From Kiritimatiellia bacterium (GTDB taxonomy: Bacteria; Verrucomicrobiota; Kiritimatiellia; PWTM01): DNA of 64,000 nt. Numbering within the stretch: the stretch's first letter is position 1; each line of letters starts with the position of its first letter. A program made the position numbers and the translations under genes. Where the stretch lies: positions 70,829 to 134,828 of the forward strand of contig JAOACR010000014.1 of NCBI GenBank assembly GCA_026417735.1, in the 5' to 3' direction. The notes under the pieces are model-generated. The model was not told where the DNA came from. It ran no database searches and saw nothing but the letters and a program-made list of their open reading frames with translations. This document shows positions 9,020 to 23,591 of this stretch, piece after piece.

Positions 9020-10021
9020 ATGAAACCAGCACTGGGCGTGGATTTTGGTGGCACCGCGGTGAAAATCGGCCTGGTCAACGCGCAGGGGCGCGTGCTCGGC
9101 GAGGACGGCTTCGCCACCGCCGGCGTCCGCGGAGTCGAGCGATGGCTGGACGAGGTCGCTGCCGCGGCAGAACGGCTGGGGGTTCCCGCCGGCCGGTGGT
9201 CGCGGGAGCTCTCCGGCATCGGCGTCGGCGTGCCCGGGTTTGTAGATTTCGAACGCGGATTCATTCACAACCTGACGAACGTACCCGGCTGGACCGCAGT
9301 ACACCTCGCGCGGCTGATGCGGGAGCGGTTTGGTGTACCGGTGGTGGTGGACAACGACTGCAACGCAATGGCGTTCGGGGAGTGTCAGTTCGGCGCGGGC
9401 CGCCGCTATCGTCACGCGGTGTTTCTCACGCTCGGCACCGGTGTCGGCGGCGGGATTGTGCTGGATGGCCGCGTCTGGCGGGGCGCATATTCGATGGCCG
9501 GCGAGATCGGCCACGTGCCGATCGATCTGCACGGCGTGCGCACGCCGACCGGCCGCGGAGGACTGGAAGAATATGTCGGCAACCGGCAGATCGTCCGTCG
9601 TGCCCGCCGCCTGCTCCGTCACCGGCGGTCAATTCTGCCGGATCTGGTGGGTGGCAACCTGCGCGAGCTGACCCCGCGGCACCTCGCCGACGCCGCTGCG
9701 AAGGGCGACGCGGTTGCGCTGGAGGTGTTCGACTACATGGCCGACTGTCTGGCCACCGCGCTGGCCGGCATCACCTACCTGCTGCAGCCCGAGGCGTTCA
9801 TCGTCGGTGGCGGCGTCGCAGCCGCCGGCGACGTGCTGTTTGGGCCGTTGCGCCGTCATCTGACAGAACGGCTGAGCCCGTTCTTCGCCAAATACATTCG
9901 CGTGGAACCAGCGGCGCTGGGCAACCGCGGTGGGATGATTGGCGCCGCCGCGCTGGTGTTGAAGTCGAACGAGTCTTCCCCATGCATCGGCCCGCGGTCC
10001 AGACGCGCTCGGCGGTCGTAA
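9020..10021 (+). CDS. ROK-family sugar kinase (glucokinase-like)
   Basis: GVDFGGT, GIGVGVPG, DNDCNA, LTLGTGVGGG, AGEIGHV. Confidence 0.9.
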   Translation: MKPALGVDFGGTAVKIGLVNAQGRVLGEDGFATAGVRGVERWLDEVAAAAERLGVPAGRWSRELSGIGVGVPGFVDFERGFIHNLTNVPGWTAVHLARLMRERFGVPVVVDNDCNAMAFGECQFGAGRRYRHAVFLTLGTGVGGGIVLDGRVWRGAYSMAGEIGHVPIDLHGVRTPTGRGGLEEYVGNRQIVRRARRLLRHRRSILPDLVGGNLRELTPRHLADAAAKGDAVALEVFDYMADCLATALAGITYLLQPEAFIVGGGVAAAGDVLFGPLRRHLTERLSPFFAKYIRVEPAALGNRGGMIGAAALVLKSNESSPCIGPRSRRARRS

Positions 10022-10839
10022 CCGGCTGTTCAACCGGTATTGGTCGCGCGACCGCGCTGCTGCTTCGAGAGCGCGGCTGGCGGGTGCTGCCCACCGCGCG
10101 CAAGCCGGAGGACCTCGATCGCCTCCGGAGCGAAGGATTCGAGGCGGTGCGGCTCGATCTGGCCGATGAGGCCTCGGTCGAAGCGGCAGCCCGGGAAGTT
10201 CTGGAGCGGCTGCACGACGGCCTCGGCGGCATTGTAAACAATGCCGGCATCGGCGTGGGCGGTGCGGTCGAGGATCTCTCGCGCGAGGCGTTGCGCCGCC
10301 AGTTCGAGGTGAACGTGTTCGGATTGGTGGATTTCACAAACCGGCTTCTGCCCGCGATGCGCGCGCAGGGCTGGGGCCGCATTGTGAACGTCAGCTCCGT
10401 GCTCGGCCGTGTTGCGACGCCGCTGGTCGGCGCCTACTGTGCGAGCAAGTTTGCGCTCGAAGCGCTCTCCGACGCGTGGCGGGTGGAGTTGTGGGCGACT
10501 GGTATCGCCGTGAGTGTGATCGAGCCCGGGCCCATTGAGTCCGAGTTTCGACGCAACGCCGCGGAGACGGCAGCTCGGCTGCTGGATCCGGAGCGCTCGC
10601 GGTTCGGCCGGGAAATTCGCCGCCAGATTGAACGCCGACAGGCCCGCGACGAAGGCCGCCGCAGATGGATGTGGCCGCCGGAGACCGTCGCGCGGGCGAT
10701 CGCGCACGCGCTGGAGTCGCAACGGCCACGCCGGAGGTATCCGGTCACCTGGCCGGCCCGGGCCGGCGCGCTTGCCGCGCGCTTCGCGCCGATGGCCTGG
10801 CTCGACTGGATCAATCGACGGGCCGTGCCGGACGGCTGA
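9982..10839 (+). CDS. Short-chain dehydrogenase/reductase (SDR)
   Basis: TGCSTGIG, NNAG, VSSVLG, YCASK; ATG at 9982 inside track ORF 8854..10839. Confidence 0.9.
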   Translation: MHRPAVQTRSAVVTGCSTGIGRATALLLRERGWRVLPTARKPEDLDRLRSEGFEAVRLDLADEASVEAAAREVLERLHDGLGGIVNNAGIGVGGAVEDLSREALRRQFEVNVFGLVDFTNRLLPAMRAQGWGRIVNVSSVLGRVATPLVGAYCASKFALEALSDAWRVELWATGIAVSVIEPGPIESEFRRNAAETAARLLDPERSRFGREIRRQIERRQARDEGRRRWMWPPETVARAIAHALESQRPRRRYPVTWPARAGALAARFAPMAWLDWINRRAVPDG

Positions 10840-11746
10840 GCCGCCCGGCGGGCGCATCTCCTGCCGCGGGCAAGGGATCGAGAACCCAGCGCCGGTTGTA
10901 CCAGAAATACTGTTCCGGCCGCTCGAGGATCACCGGCGTCAGCACATCAAGCACATCCTGCAGGAGGCGACGCCTCCGCTCATGCCGAGATCCCTCCGAT
11001 GGCGGCCGCACCGCCGGCCAGATCCGCACGGTGTGATCGAAAGTGGAGGTTCGCCAGACCGCGCACGGTAGCACCGGCGCATGCCCCAGTTCCGCAAAAA
11101 AGGCGAGCCCGCCAGCGAGATTCGCCTCCCGGCCGAGAAACACCGCACGTACCCCAGGGCGCGGCGAGCGCAGATCGACCGGCATCGCCAGCACCGCCCC
11201 CTCCGCAAGCGCCCGGAGGATCCGTCGCGTCGCGGTTCCGCCCCGCGGCACCACCGTCACCCCCCGCCGCGCGCGCCAGCGAACGAGGTGGCGGTCCACC
11301 AGCGGATTCCGCTGCCGCGCGACGAGGGCGACCAGCCGGTAGCCGAACAGCGGTCCGAGCATGCCCGCCATCTCCCAGCTGCCGAGGTGGGGCACGGCGA
11401 GGACGGCGCCACGGCCCTCCGCCAGGGCTCGGCGAAGGTGATCCTCCCCCTCCACGCGAAAATGTCGCCGCACCCATTCGGGCGAATGTCGTGGGGCGTA
11501 CACCGCATCCACCACCGCCCAGAAAAAATGGCGCAGCCCCTCCCTGGCGATTTTCTCCGCCGCCGCGCCCGCGCCCAACACCCCGGCCACGCGGCGCATC
11601 GCTTCGGACCGCCGCCACCCGAAGTCGAAGAGGATCCGCGCGGCCGCTGCCGCCAGCCGGAGCGCCACCCCGTAGGGGAGCACCCCGGCGACCATCAGCG
11701 CGCCGCGCAGCGCAACATACTCGGCAACATGCCGCGGCCGGGCCAT
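10811..11746 (-). CDS. LpxL/HtrB-like lipid A late acyltransferase (lysophospholipid acyltransferase family)
   Basis: GRGAVLAVPHLGSWE, RQRNPLVD, FLGREA, PEQYFWYNRRW. Confidence 0.85.
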   Translation of the reverse strand: MARPRHVAEYVALRGALMVAGVLPYGVALRLAAAAARILFDFGWRRSEAMRRVAGVLGAGAAAEKIAREGLRHFFWAVVDAVYAPRHSPEWVRRHFRVEGEDHLRRALAEGRGAVLAVPHLGSWEMAGMLGPLFGYRLVALVARQRNPLVDRHLVRWRARRGVTVVPRGGTATRRILRALAEGAVLAMPVDLRSPRPGVRAVFLGREANLAGGLAFFAELGHAPVLPCAVWRTSTFDHTVRIWPAVRPPSEGSRHERRRRLLQDVLDVLTPVILERPEQYFWYNRRWVLDPLPAAGDAPAGRLSRPARPVD

Positions 11747-11783
11747 TCGCCGGCGCCCGCTGCCTGCGGACCGTCGGCCGCCC

Positions 11784-11981
11784 TTACTCGGTCACCTGAA
11801 TCGCCTGCACCGGGCAGTTGGCGGCCGCGTCGCGGACCGCATCCTCCAGCCCGGCCGGCACCTCGTCCACCTTCACCTTCGCGACCGAGCCGTCCATCAC
11901 AAACACGTCCGGCACCGCATCACAGCAAAGCTCGCACCCGGTGCAGGTATTCGCGTCCACCGTCGCTTTCATCTTCGGCAT
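11784..11981 (-). CDS. Monocluster ferredoxin
   Basis: CTGCELC...CPVQAI in 65 aa. Confidence 0.9.
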   Translation of the reverse strand: MPKMKATVDANTCTGCELCCDAVPDVFVMDGSVAKVKVDEVPAGLEDAVRDAAANCPVQAIQVTE

Positions 11982-12017
11982 CCTTTCACATCTCCGCCGG
12001 GCCGGGCGGACCTCGCC

Positions 12018-13025
12018 TCAGGCGATCGCATAGCGGCTCTTGTACTCTTCGAGAATCCGGATGTAGTTGGCGCGCTCGAACGCAGCCGGATTCGCGACCG
12101 CCCGCTGGCTCATCGCGCCGCGCATTTGTGCGACCGACTCGTACTCTTTTTCCGCCATCCAGCTCTCCAGCTCCTGCAACATGGTGCGCAGATGGCCGAT
12201 CCCGTTTTTCAGCAACGCGGAGCAGGTCTGCACCAGGTCCGCGCCGGCCAGCAGAAGCTTTGCGACGTCTAGCCCGCTATGCACACCGGTGGTCGCCGCC
12301 AGCGAGAGGTTTACGCGGCCGTGCAGAATCGCGATCCACCGCAGCGGCAGCCGCATCTCCGCCGGCGTGCTCAGGTGAAGGTCCGAGCGGACGTCCATTT
12401 CGTCGAGGTCAAAGTCGGGCTGATAGAAACGGTTGAAGAGCACCACACCGCGCGCGCCGGCCTGCTCCAGCCGGCGCACCATGTTCGCGATCGAACTGAA
12501 GAACGGCCCGATTTTGACCGCGATCGGCACCTGAACCGATCGCGCGACCGCGCTGACGACATCCACGTACATCTGCTCGACCTCCGCGCCGGACCGATCC
12601 GGGTCGGTCGCCAGGTAGTAGGTGTTCAGCTCGATCGCCCGCGCGCCCGCCTGCTCGATGCGCCGCGCATAGTCAATCCATCCCTCCTTGGAAACGCCAT
12701 TCAAGCTGCCGATCACCGGGATGGACAGCGCCTGCGATGCCTCGTGTACGAGCTCCAGATAGCGCTCCGGTCCCACCAGGTAGTCGCCCACATCCGGGAA
12801 GTAGGAGAGCGCCTCCGCGTAGCTTTCCGCGCCCGCGCTCATGAGGTGATCCAGCGCTTCCGCGTCGTGGTGAATCTGCTCCTCAAAGATCGAGAACATC
12901 ACCACCGCGCCGGCGCCCGCGTCCTCCAAGCGGCGCAGGTCGTCCAGCCGCTGCGAAAGCGGCGAAGCGGCCGCGGCCAGCGGATTTCGAAGCTTCAAGC
13001 CCATGTAGGTGGTCGTCAGGTCCAT
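12018..13025 (-). CDS. Dihydroorotate dehydrogenase-like FMN protein (PFOR-associated family)
   Basis: MDLTTTYMGLKLRNPL, PVIGSLNG, IELN, AVKIGPFFS, LFNRFYQPD, ATTGVH, FERANY. Confidence 0.88.
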   Translation of the reverse strand: MDLTTTYMGLKLRNPLAAAASPLSQRLDDLRRLEDAGAGAVVMFSIFEEQIHHDAEALDHLMSAGAESYAEALSYFPDVGDYLVGPERYLELVHEASQALSIPVIGSLNGVSKEGWIDYARRIEQAGARAIELNTYYLATDPDRSGAEVEQMYVDVVSAVARSVQVPIAVKIGPFFSSIANMVRRLEQAGARGVVLFNRFYQPDFDLDEMDVRSDLHLSTPAEMRLPLRWIAILHGRVNLSLAATTGVHSGLDVAKLLLAGADLVQTCSALLKNGIGHLRTMLQELESWMAEKEYESVAQMRGAMSQRAVANPAAFERANYIRILEEYKSRYAIA

Positions 13026-13051
13026 GGTCGGCTCCTCGTCGTTCTGTCCGC

Positions 13052-16633
<3,582 letters not shown>

Positions 16634-16673
16634 GGTCTGAATGTCTCTCCGCCGGCGAAAAACCGGACGGTCC

Positions 16674-16702
16674 TGTATACACGGTCATCTGCCCGCGGGC
16701 AA
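16674..16702 (-). promoter_or_regulatory. Putative sigma70 promoter for nifJ with an overlapping 12-bp palindrome
   Basis: Minus strand TTGCCC-N17-TATACA ~40 nt upstream of the ATG; perfect palindrome TGCCCGCGGGCA at 16690-16701 overlaps the -35. Confidence 0.45.
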
Positions 16703-17086
16703 GCAGTTCCACCGGCCGCCAGAGTGCCGCACAACCCCTGCTGGCTCAGAGCGTCCCGCCTCCCAGCGCTCCCCCCTCTGGCCCACCGCCGGCCACCTCA
16801 CATCGGAACACACCGGAACGGGCGGGCGCCGGTCGGAGGGAGGGGGCCCGAGATCCCCCCTGTACCCGGTCCAAGCGTTGGAGGCCTTGCTCCCGAAGCG
16901 CCCCAACCCTTGGAACACGTATGCCGGGCGGCATGGCCACCTCCCGACAGAACCAGCCCACCGCGTTCTCTCGACCCTCCGGTGAAGGCTTGCGATCTGC
17001 GCGCTCGGACTACCCGCACTGGGTCGCCCATCCGTGGCTCAGTTCGTGCCGACGCGGAGGCTGCGAACACCATCCGGACTCGTCGG

Positions 17087-17115
17087 TTGACGAAAAAGGA
17101 TCGGAGCTGTATGGT
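17087..17115 (+). promoter_or_regulatory. Putative sigma70 promoter of candidate sRNA
   Basis: TTGACG (17087-92), 17-nt spacer, TATGGT (17110-15); no credible + strand protein gene follows. Confidence 0.6.
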
Positions 17116-17120
17116 ATCGG

Positions 17121-17185
17121 AGGGTGGCGCGCGTTTTCCCTGGGTTCCCCACCCAACCTCCTTGGCGCGCGCCGCCCTTTTTTTT
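17121..17185 (+). ncRNA. Candidate ~65-nt small RNA with C-rich/anti-SD loops
   Basis: Begins ~6 nt after the -10; 13-bp stem 17121-33/17166-78 (one G-U); inner hairpin UGGGU-UCCCC-ACCCA; unpaired ACCUCCUU; ends in U8. Confidence 0.55.
17121..17185 (+). terminator. Intrinsic terminator-like stem with T8 tail, + polarity
   Basis: AGGGTGGCGCGCG ... CGCGCGCCGCCCT followed by a T run (17178-17185). Confidence 0.65.
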
Positions 17186-17248
17186 ACCGGCTGCCCTCCG
17201 CCAGCGGCCGCGCGCTCTCCGCCACCCCCTACCTGAGAACGTGACCCC

Positions 17249-18205
17249 TCAGCCAATCCCTTCAAACAGAGCCGTGGAAAGGTAGCGCTCGCCCGCGTCG
17301 GGCAGCACAACGACAATCGTCTTGCCGGCCATCTCCGGTTCCCGCGCGACGCGCACCGCCACCGCCGCGGCCGCCCCGCACGAGATGCCGCTGAGAATTC
17401 CCTCCTCACGCGCGAGGCGGCGGGCCATTTCGATCGCCTCCTGGCTGTCCACCTGCTCCACGCGGTCCACCAGCGAAAGATCGAGCACATCCGGGATGAA
17501 TCCGGCACCGATCCCTTGGATTTTGTGCGGGCCGGGCTTCAGCTCCTGCCCGGCCAGCTTCTGCGAGATCACGGGGCTCTCACGTGGCTCAACCGCGATC
17601 GACAGCAGCGGCCGTCCACGAACGCGCTCAAAATAGCGCGACACGCCAGTGATCGTCCCACCGGTGCCAACGCCGGCCACCAGCACATCCACCTGTCCAT
17701 CCGTATCGTTCCAGATTTCCGGGCCGGTCGTCGCCTCGTGGATCGCCGGATTGGCGGGGGTTTTGAACTGCTGCGGCAGGAAATAGCGTTCCGGGTCCGA
17801 GGCGGCGATCTCCTCCGCGCGGCGGACCGCGCCGCGCATGCCCTCGTTGCCCGGCGTCAACACCAGCCGCGCGCCAAACATCGCCAGCACCCGGCGACGT
17901 TCCAGGCTCATCGTCTCCGGCATCGTCAACGTCAGCGGATAGCCTCGTGCGGCGGCGACGAACGCGAGCGCGATGCCCGTGTTGCCGCTGGTGGGTTCGA
18001 TGATCTCCATCCCTGGCCGCAACACACCGCGCTTCTCCGCGTCCCATACCATCGAGGCGCCGATCCGGCACTTCACGGAATACGCGGGATTGCGTCCCTC
18101 GATCTTCGCCAGCACCGTTGCCTTTGCGTTGCCCACCACGCGATTCAGCTTCACCAGGGGCGTGCGGCCAATGGACTGCGAGTTGTCCGCGTAGATCGTG
18201 CTCAT
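17249..18205 (-). CDS. cysK: Cysteine synthase A
   Basis: [11 protein letters not shown] (PLP Lys), [44 protein letters not shown]. Confidence 0.96.
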   Translation of the reverse strand: MSTIYADNSQSIGRTPLVKLNRVVGNAKATVLAKIEGRNPAYSVKCRIGASMVWDAEKRGVLRPGMEIIEPTSGNTGIALAFVAAARGYPLTLTMPETMSLERRRVLAMFGARLVLTPGNEGMRGAVRRAEEIAASDPERYFLPQQFKTPANPAIHEATTGPEIWNDTDGQVDVLVAGVGTGGTITGVSRYFERVRGRPLLSIAVEPRESPVISQKLAGQELKPGPHKIQGIGAGFIPDVLDLSLVDRVEQVDSQEAIEMARRLAREEGILSGISCGAAAAVAVRVAREPEMAGKTIVVVLPDAGERYLSTALFEGIG

Positions 18206-18209
18206 GCGT

Positions 18210-19382
18210 TCAGTCTCCTTTCGATGCCGCCGGCGCGCAATCCGGCTGCAGGCCCTGCGCGAGGTCGGCGATCAGATCGTCGGGGTGTTCCAGCCCGACC
18301 GATAGACGCACCAGGTTGTCGCCAATCCCACGCGCGCGCCGTTCGGACGGCGGAATCGAAGCGTGCGTCATCCGCGCGGGGTGGCACACCAGCGATTCGA
18401 CCCCTCCCAAACTTTCGGCGAGCACAAACAGCTTCAGCCGGCTCACCAACCTCTCCACGGCGGCAAAACCGCCGGCCAGTTCGAAACTGACCATGCCCCC
18501 CCCAGCGCCACCCATCTGCCGCCGCACCAGCTCGGCCTGAGGATGGTCCTCCAATCCCGGATACAACACCCGCTCGACCGCGGGTTGGCCGCGCAACCAC
18601 TCCGCGACACGCCGCGCGCCACGACAATGCGCCGCCATCCGAACACTCAGCGTCTTCAGACCGCGCAGCACCAGCCAGCAATCCCACGGTCCCGGCACTG
18701 CACCGAACGCGTTTTGGTATAGACGCAGCCGGCGCCCAAGCTCCGCGTCCGACCAGATCACCGCACCGCCAATCAAATCGCTGTGGCCGCCGATGTACTT
18801 CGTTGTGCTGTGGACCACCAGATCCGCCCCCAGCTCGAGCGGCCGTTGCAGACATGGAGTCGCAAAAGTGCTGTCCACCGCCAGGTGCGCGCCATGCTCG
18901 TGCGCCACCTGTGCGACCGCGGCGATGTCGACCAGCCGCAACAGGGGATTCGTCGGCGTTTCAATCCAGATCAGCCGGGTTTCCGGGCGCATCGCCCGAC
19001 GATAGGCCTCGGGCTCGGTCGCGGTCACATAGTCGAATCTTAAGCCCCACGGCCGAAAGTATCGCTCGAACAGCCGGTACGTGCCGCCGTACAGATCGTC
19101 CGCCGCCACCACATGATCGCCGGGCCGCAACAGGTGAAGCACCGCCGCGGTCGCCGCAACGCCCGAAGCAAACGCCGCGGCGCCACCCCCTCCCTCCACC
19201 GCGGCCAGTGCCGTTTCCAGCGCGGTACGCGTCGGATTGCCCGTCCGGGAGTACTCGTAGCCGCGCGGCCGCCCGATTCCATCCTGCTGGAACGTCGAGG
19301 TCTGATACACCGGTACCGTCACCGCACCGGTCAGCCGGTCCGGATCCTGCCCCGCGTGAATGGCGAGCGTTTCGAACCTCAC
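18210..19382 (-). CDS. Cystathionine gamma-lyase/gamma-synthase (PLP, Cys/Met metabolism)
   Basis: [58 protein letters not shown]; adjacent to CBS, favouring gamma-lyase. Confidence 0.9.
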   Translation of the reverse strand: MRFETLAIHAGQDPDRLTGAVTVPVYQTSTFQQDGIGRPRGYEYSRTGNPTRTALETALAAVEGGGGAAAFASGVAATAAVLHLLRPGDHVVAADDLYGGTYRLFERYFRPWGLRFDYVTATEPEAYRRAMRPETRLIWIETPTNPLLRLVDIAAVAQVAHEHGAHLAVDSTFATPCLQRPLELGADLVVHSTTKYIGGHSDLIGGAVIWSDAELGRRLRLYQNAFGAVPGPWDCWLVLRGLKTLSVRMAAHCRGARRVAEWLRGQPAVERVLYPGLEDHPQAELVRRQMGGAGGGMVSFELAGGFAAVERLVSRLKLFVLAESLGGVESLVCHPARMTHASIPPSERRARGIGDNLVRLSVGLEHPDDLIADLAQGLQPDCAPAASKGD

Positions 19383-20770
19383 AGCCCGGCCCCCGGATCG
19401 CCGTCCTCCGGCTCGTCCTGCCGCATGATGAACAGGTCGATCAGATCCATTTTCGTCACCACGCCGGTCGGCGCCCCGTCTTTCGTCACCAGAATCGCGG
19501 GTGCACCGGCCAGGAAACGCCGATACGCCGCCGCAATGTCCACGCCCTCTTCCAGCTCCGGCAGCGGCCGGCCCATCACCGCGCCGACCTCCTGGTTCGA
19601 TGCGTCGATGCCGTCGAGCAGCAGCTTCATGATCGTCGCTTCCTGCAGACTCCCGACCGCTCGCCCCCCCTCAATCACCGGCAGCTGCGAAATGTTGTAG
19701 ACATGCATCAGCTCGACCGCGCGGCGCAGCCGGTCCCGCGGCGCCACCGCGATCAGCTCTGGCATCATGTATTTGCGACGCAGCACGTCCGCAAGCGTGC
19801 GGCGGCGGCGGTTCTCCCGCTCCCAAAAGCCGTGCTCTCGCATCCAGTCGTCATTGAAACACTTGGTCAAATAGTTCCGCGCGGTATCGGGCAGCAGCAC
19901 CACAACGATCCGCGGCGGCGAGAGCGTCTCCGCGTATTTCAGCGCAGCAGCCACCGCCGTGCCGGACGATCCTCCCGCAAGGATGCCCTCTTCACGGGCC
20001 AAGCGCCGAGCGGTCTGAAAGGACTCGCGGTCGCTCACGCGGATCATCTCGTCCACCACGGGCCGATCAAACGTGCGGGGCACGAAATCCTCGCCGATAC
20101 CCTCCACCAGGTAAGCCCGGGGCTGATCCCCCGAGAGGATCGAGCCTTCCGGATCCGCACCCACGATGCGGATCTCCGGGTTGCGCTCTTTCAGGAACCG
20201 GCCCACGCCGGAGATCGTTCCGCCGGTTCCCATCCCCGCGACAAACACGCCGATCCGCCCTTCCGTCTGCTCCCAGATTTCCGGGCCGGTCGTGCGGTAG
20301 TGCGCCTCCGGGTTCGCCTCGTTCGCAAACTGGTTCGGGCGGAACGCGCCGGGGATCTCACGGGCGAGACGGTCTGCGACACCGTTGTAGCTGTCCGGCG
20401 AATCCGGCGGGACATTCGTCGCAGTGACGACGACCTCCGCACCGAGTGCCCGCAGAAGCCGCATCTTGTCCTCGCTCATCTTATCCGGCATCACGACAAT
20501 GAGCCGGTACCCCTTCACGGCTGCGACCAGCGCAAGCCCCACCCCCGTGTTGCCGGCGGTCGCCTCGATGATCGTGCCACCCGGCCGCAGCTGGCCGGAA
20601 CGCTCCGCCGCCTCGATCATCGCTAGCGCCGGGCGGTCTTTCACACTGCCGCCCGGATTCATGAACTCGGCCTTCACGTAGATGGGCGATGCAAGATGTT
20701 GCGCCAGCCGATTGAGCCGAATCAGCGGCGTGCGGCCGATCGCCTCGAGCACGTTCGCACAGGTCTTCAC
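19379..20770 (-). CDS. Cystathionine beta-synthase with C-terminal CBS domains
   Basis: NPGGSVKDR, EATAGNTGVG, GADPEGSI, YLVEGIGEDF, NDDWMREHGF, tandem CBS domains (YNISQLPV). Confidence 0.9.
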   Translation of the reverse strand: MKTCANVLEAIGRTPLIRLNRLAQHLASPIYVKAEFMNPGGSVKDRPALAMIEAAERSGQLRPGGTIIEATAGNTGVGLALVAAVKGYRLIVVMPDKMSEDKMRLLRALGAEVVVTATNVPPDSPDSYNGVADRLAREIPGAFRPNQFANEANPEAHYRTTGPEIWEQTEGRIGVFVAGMGTGGTISGVGRFLKERNPEIRIVGADPEGSILSGDQPRAYLVEGIGEDFVPRTFDRPVVDEMIRVSDRESFQTARRLAREEGILAGGSSGTAVAAALKYAETLSPPRIVVVLLPDTARNYLTKCFNDDWMREHGFWERENRRRRTLADVLRRKYMMPELIAVAPRDRLRRAVELMHVYNISQLPVIEGGRAVGSLQEATIMKLLLDGIDASNQEVGAVMGRPLPELEEGVDIAAAYRRFLAGAPAILVTKDGAPTGVVTKMDLIDLFIMRQDEPEDGDPGAGL

Positions 20771-20790
20771 TCGACCTCACCGCCCTCCGT

Positions 20791-21234
20791 TCAGACCGCC
20801 CGTTCGACCTCGACGCGCACCGGCGTCGTGTTCGCAAGGTTGTCCGACACGGGGCACCGACGCCGCACCGCCTCCAGCCAGCGATCGAGCGCGGCGGCGG
20901 ACGCGTCCGAAACGACGCCCAGCTTCACGCGGATTTCGCGGAACCCGGCACGCGCCTCGGTGGGCTCCCCCAGAAATCGCGCCGGATCCAATACACCGCT
21001 CACCGAAATCCCCAGTGACCGGATGTGGATGCCCATCTCCTTCGCCACCACGTGCGCCACCACGTTCAGGCAGCCCGCCAACCCCGCCAGCACGTGTTCC
21101 ACCGGGTTCGGGCCGCGATCACTGCCGCCGAGTTCGGCAGGTTCGTCCACGAGCAACTCGAATTGGCGCGCACGCACGCGCGTGCGAGTTGGCGATTCCG
21201 ACGCGCCTTGCACCGCAAATGTCAGCTCCGGCAT
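20791..21234 (-). CDS. OsmC/Ohr-family protein
   Basis: DEPAELGGSDRGPNPVEHVLAGLAGC...RRCPVSDNL. Confidence 0.9.
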   Translation of the reverse strand: MPELTFAVQGASESPTRTRVRARQFELLVDEPAELGGSDRGPNPVEHVLAGLAGCLNVVAHVVAKEMGIHIRSLGISVSGVLDPARFLGEPTEARAGFREIRVKLGVVSDASAAALDRWLEAVRRRCPVSDNLANTTPVRVEVERAV

Positions 21235-21266
21235 CGAGCAGACCCTCCAGCGGGCGGACCGTCCTC

Positions 21267-23074
<1,808 letters not shown>

Positions 23075-23101
23075 CTTCCAGTAATAGAATCGTCAGTGTT
23101 C

Positions 23102-23129
23102 AGAATATCCTGCCTAATGGATTTGTCAA
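23102..23129 (-). promoter_or_regulatory. Sigma70 promoter of the Rrf2-metY-...-cysK operon
   Basis: Minus strand TTGACA-N16-TATTCT, 28 nt upstream of the Rrf2 ATG, within an AT-rich patch. Confidence 0.65.
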
Positions 23130-23591
23130 GTTTGTCGATTCGTTTTTTCCATCAAGGTGTGTTTCGATGAGAAGGACGCGAGGAATTCCTCTTGCTTCGC
23201 TCAAACGGTGCCGAAGATTACCACGCTGCTTGGGTCTCTGTCCCTCTCCTCGCCCGGACCTCTATGGATCGGTTCCGCTCCGGGCCCCACCTCATGGAGA
23301 GCGATCAGATTCTCCCGCCCCGGCCCGCCGTGTTCTCTCTCCCCATCCCCGAACTTTTCGCTGCAATTCTCCGTTCCCCGGGTCGGCCTACCGCTCCATC
23401 TCGCACAGGCGTGCCATCCCTCATCTGCTATGCTGACCAGACCCGCCGCTTGAGCAGATCGCCTGAGAAGGCTCTGTCCCCAGCTCGTTTCGAGGGCCCG
23501 ACGGATTCAATCCCCGCTGGAAACTACCCCCGCCGACCTCTCCAACCAAAGGCCCCTACCCCCCAGTATTCCCCTCCACACTTCACAGCAC

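Noticed and set aside
8854..9981. Apparent 661-aa SDR fusion
   Set aside because: The upstream part is an off-frame read-through across the ROK gene; the SDR begins at ATG 9982.
23160..23480. SAM-I riboswitch upstream of the Met/Cys operon
   Set aside because: Only a vague purine-rich resemblance; core SAM-I elements not found, and the likely promoter (23102-23129) lies downstream of this region.
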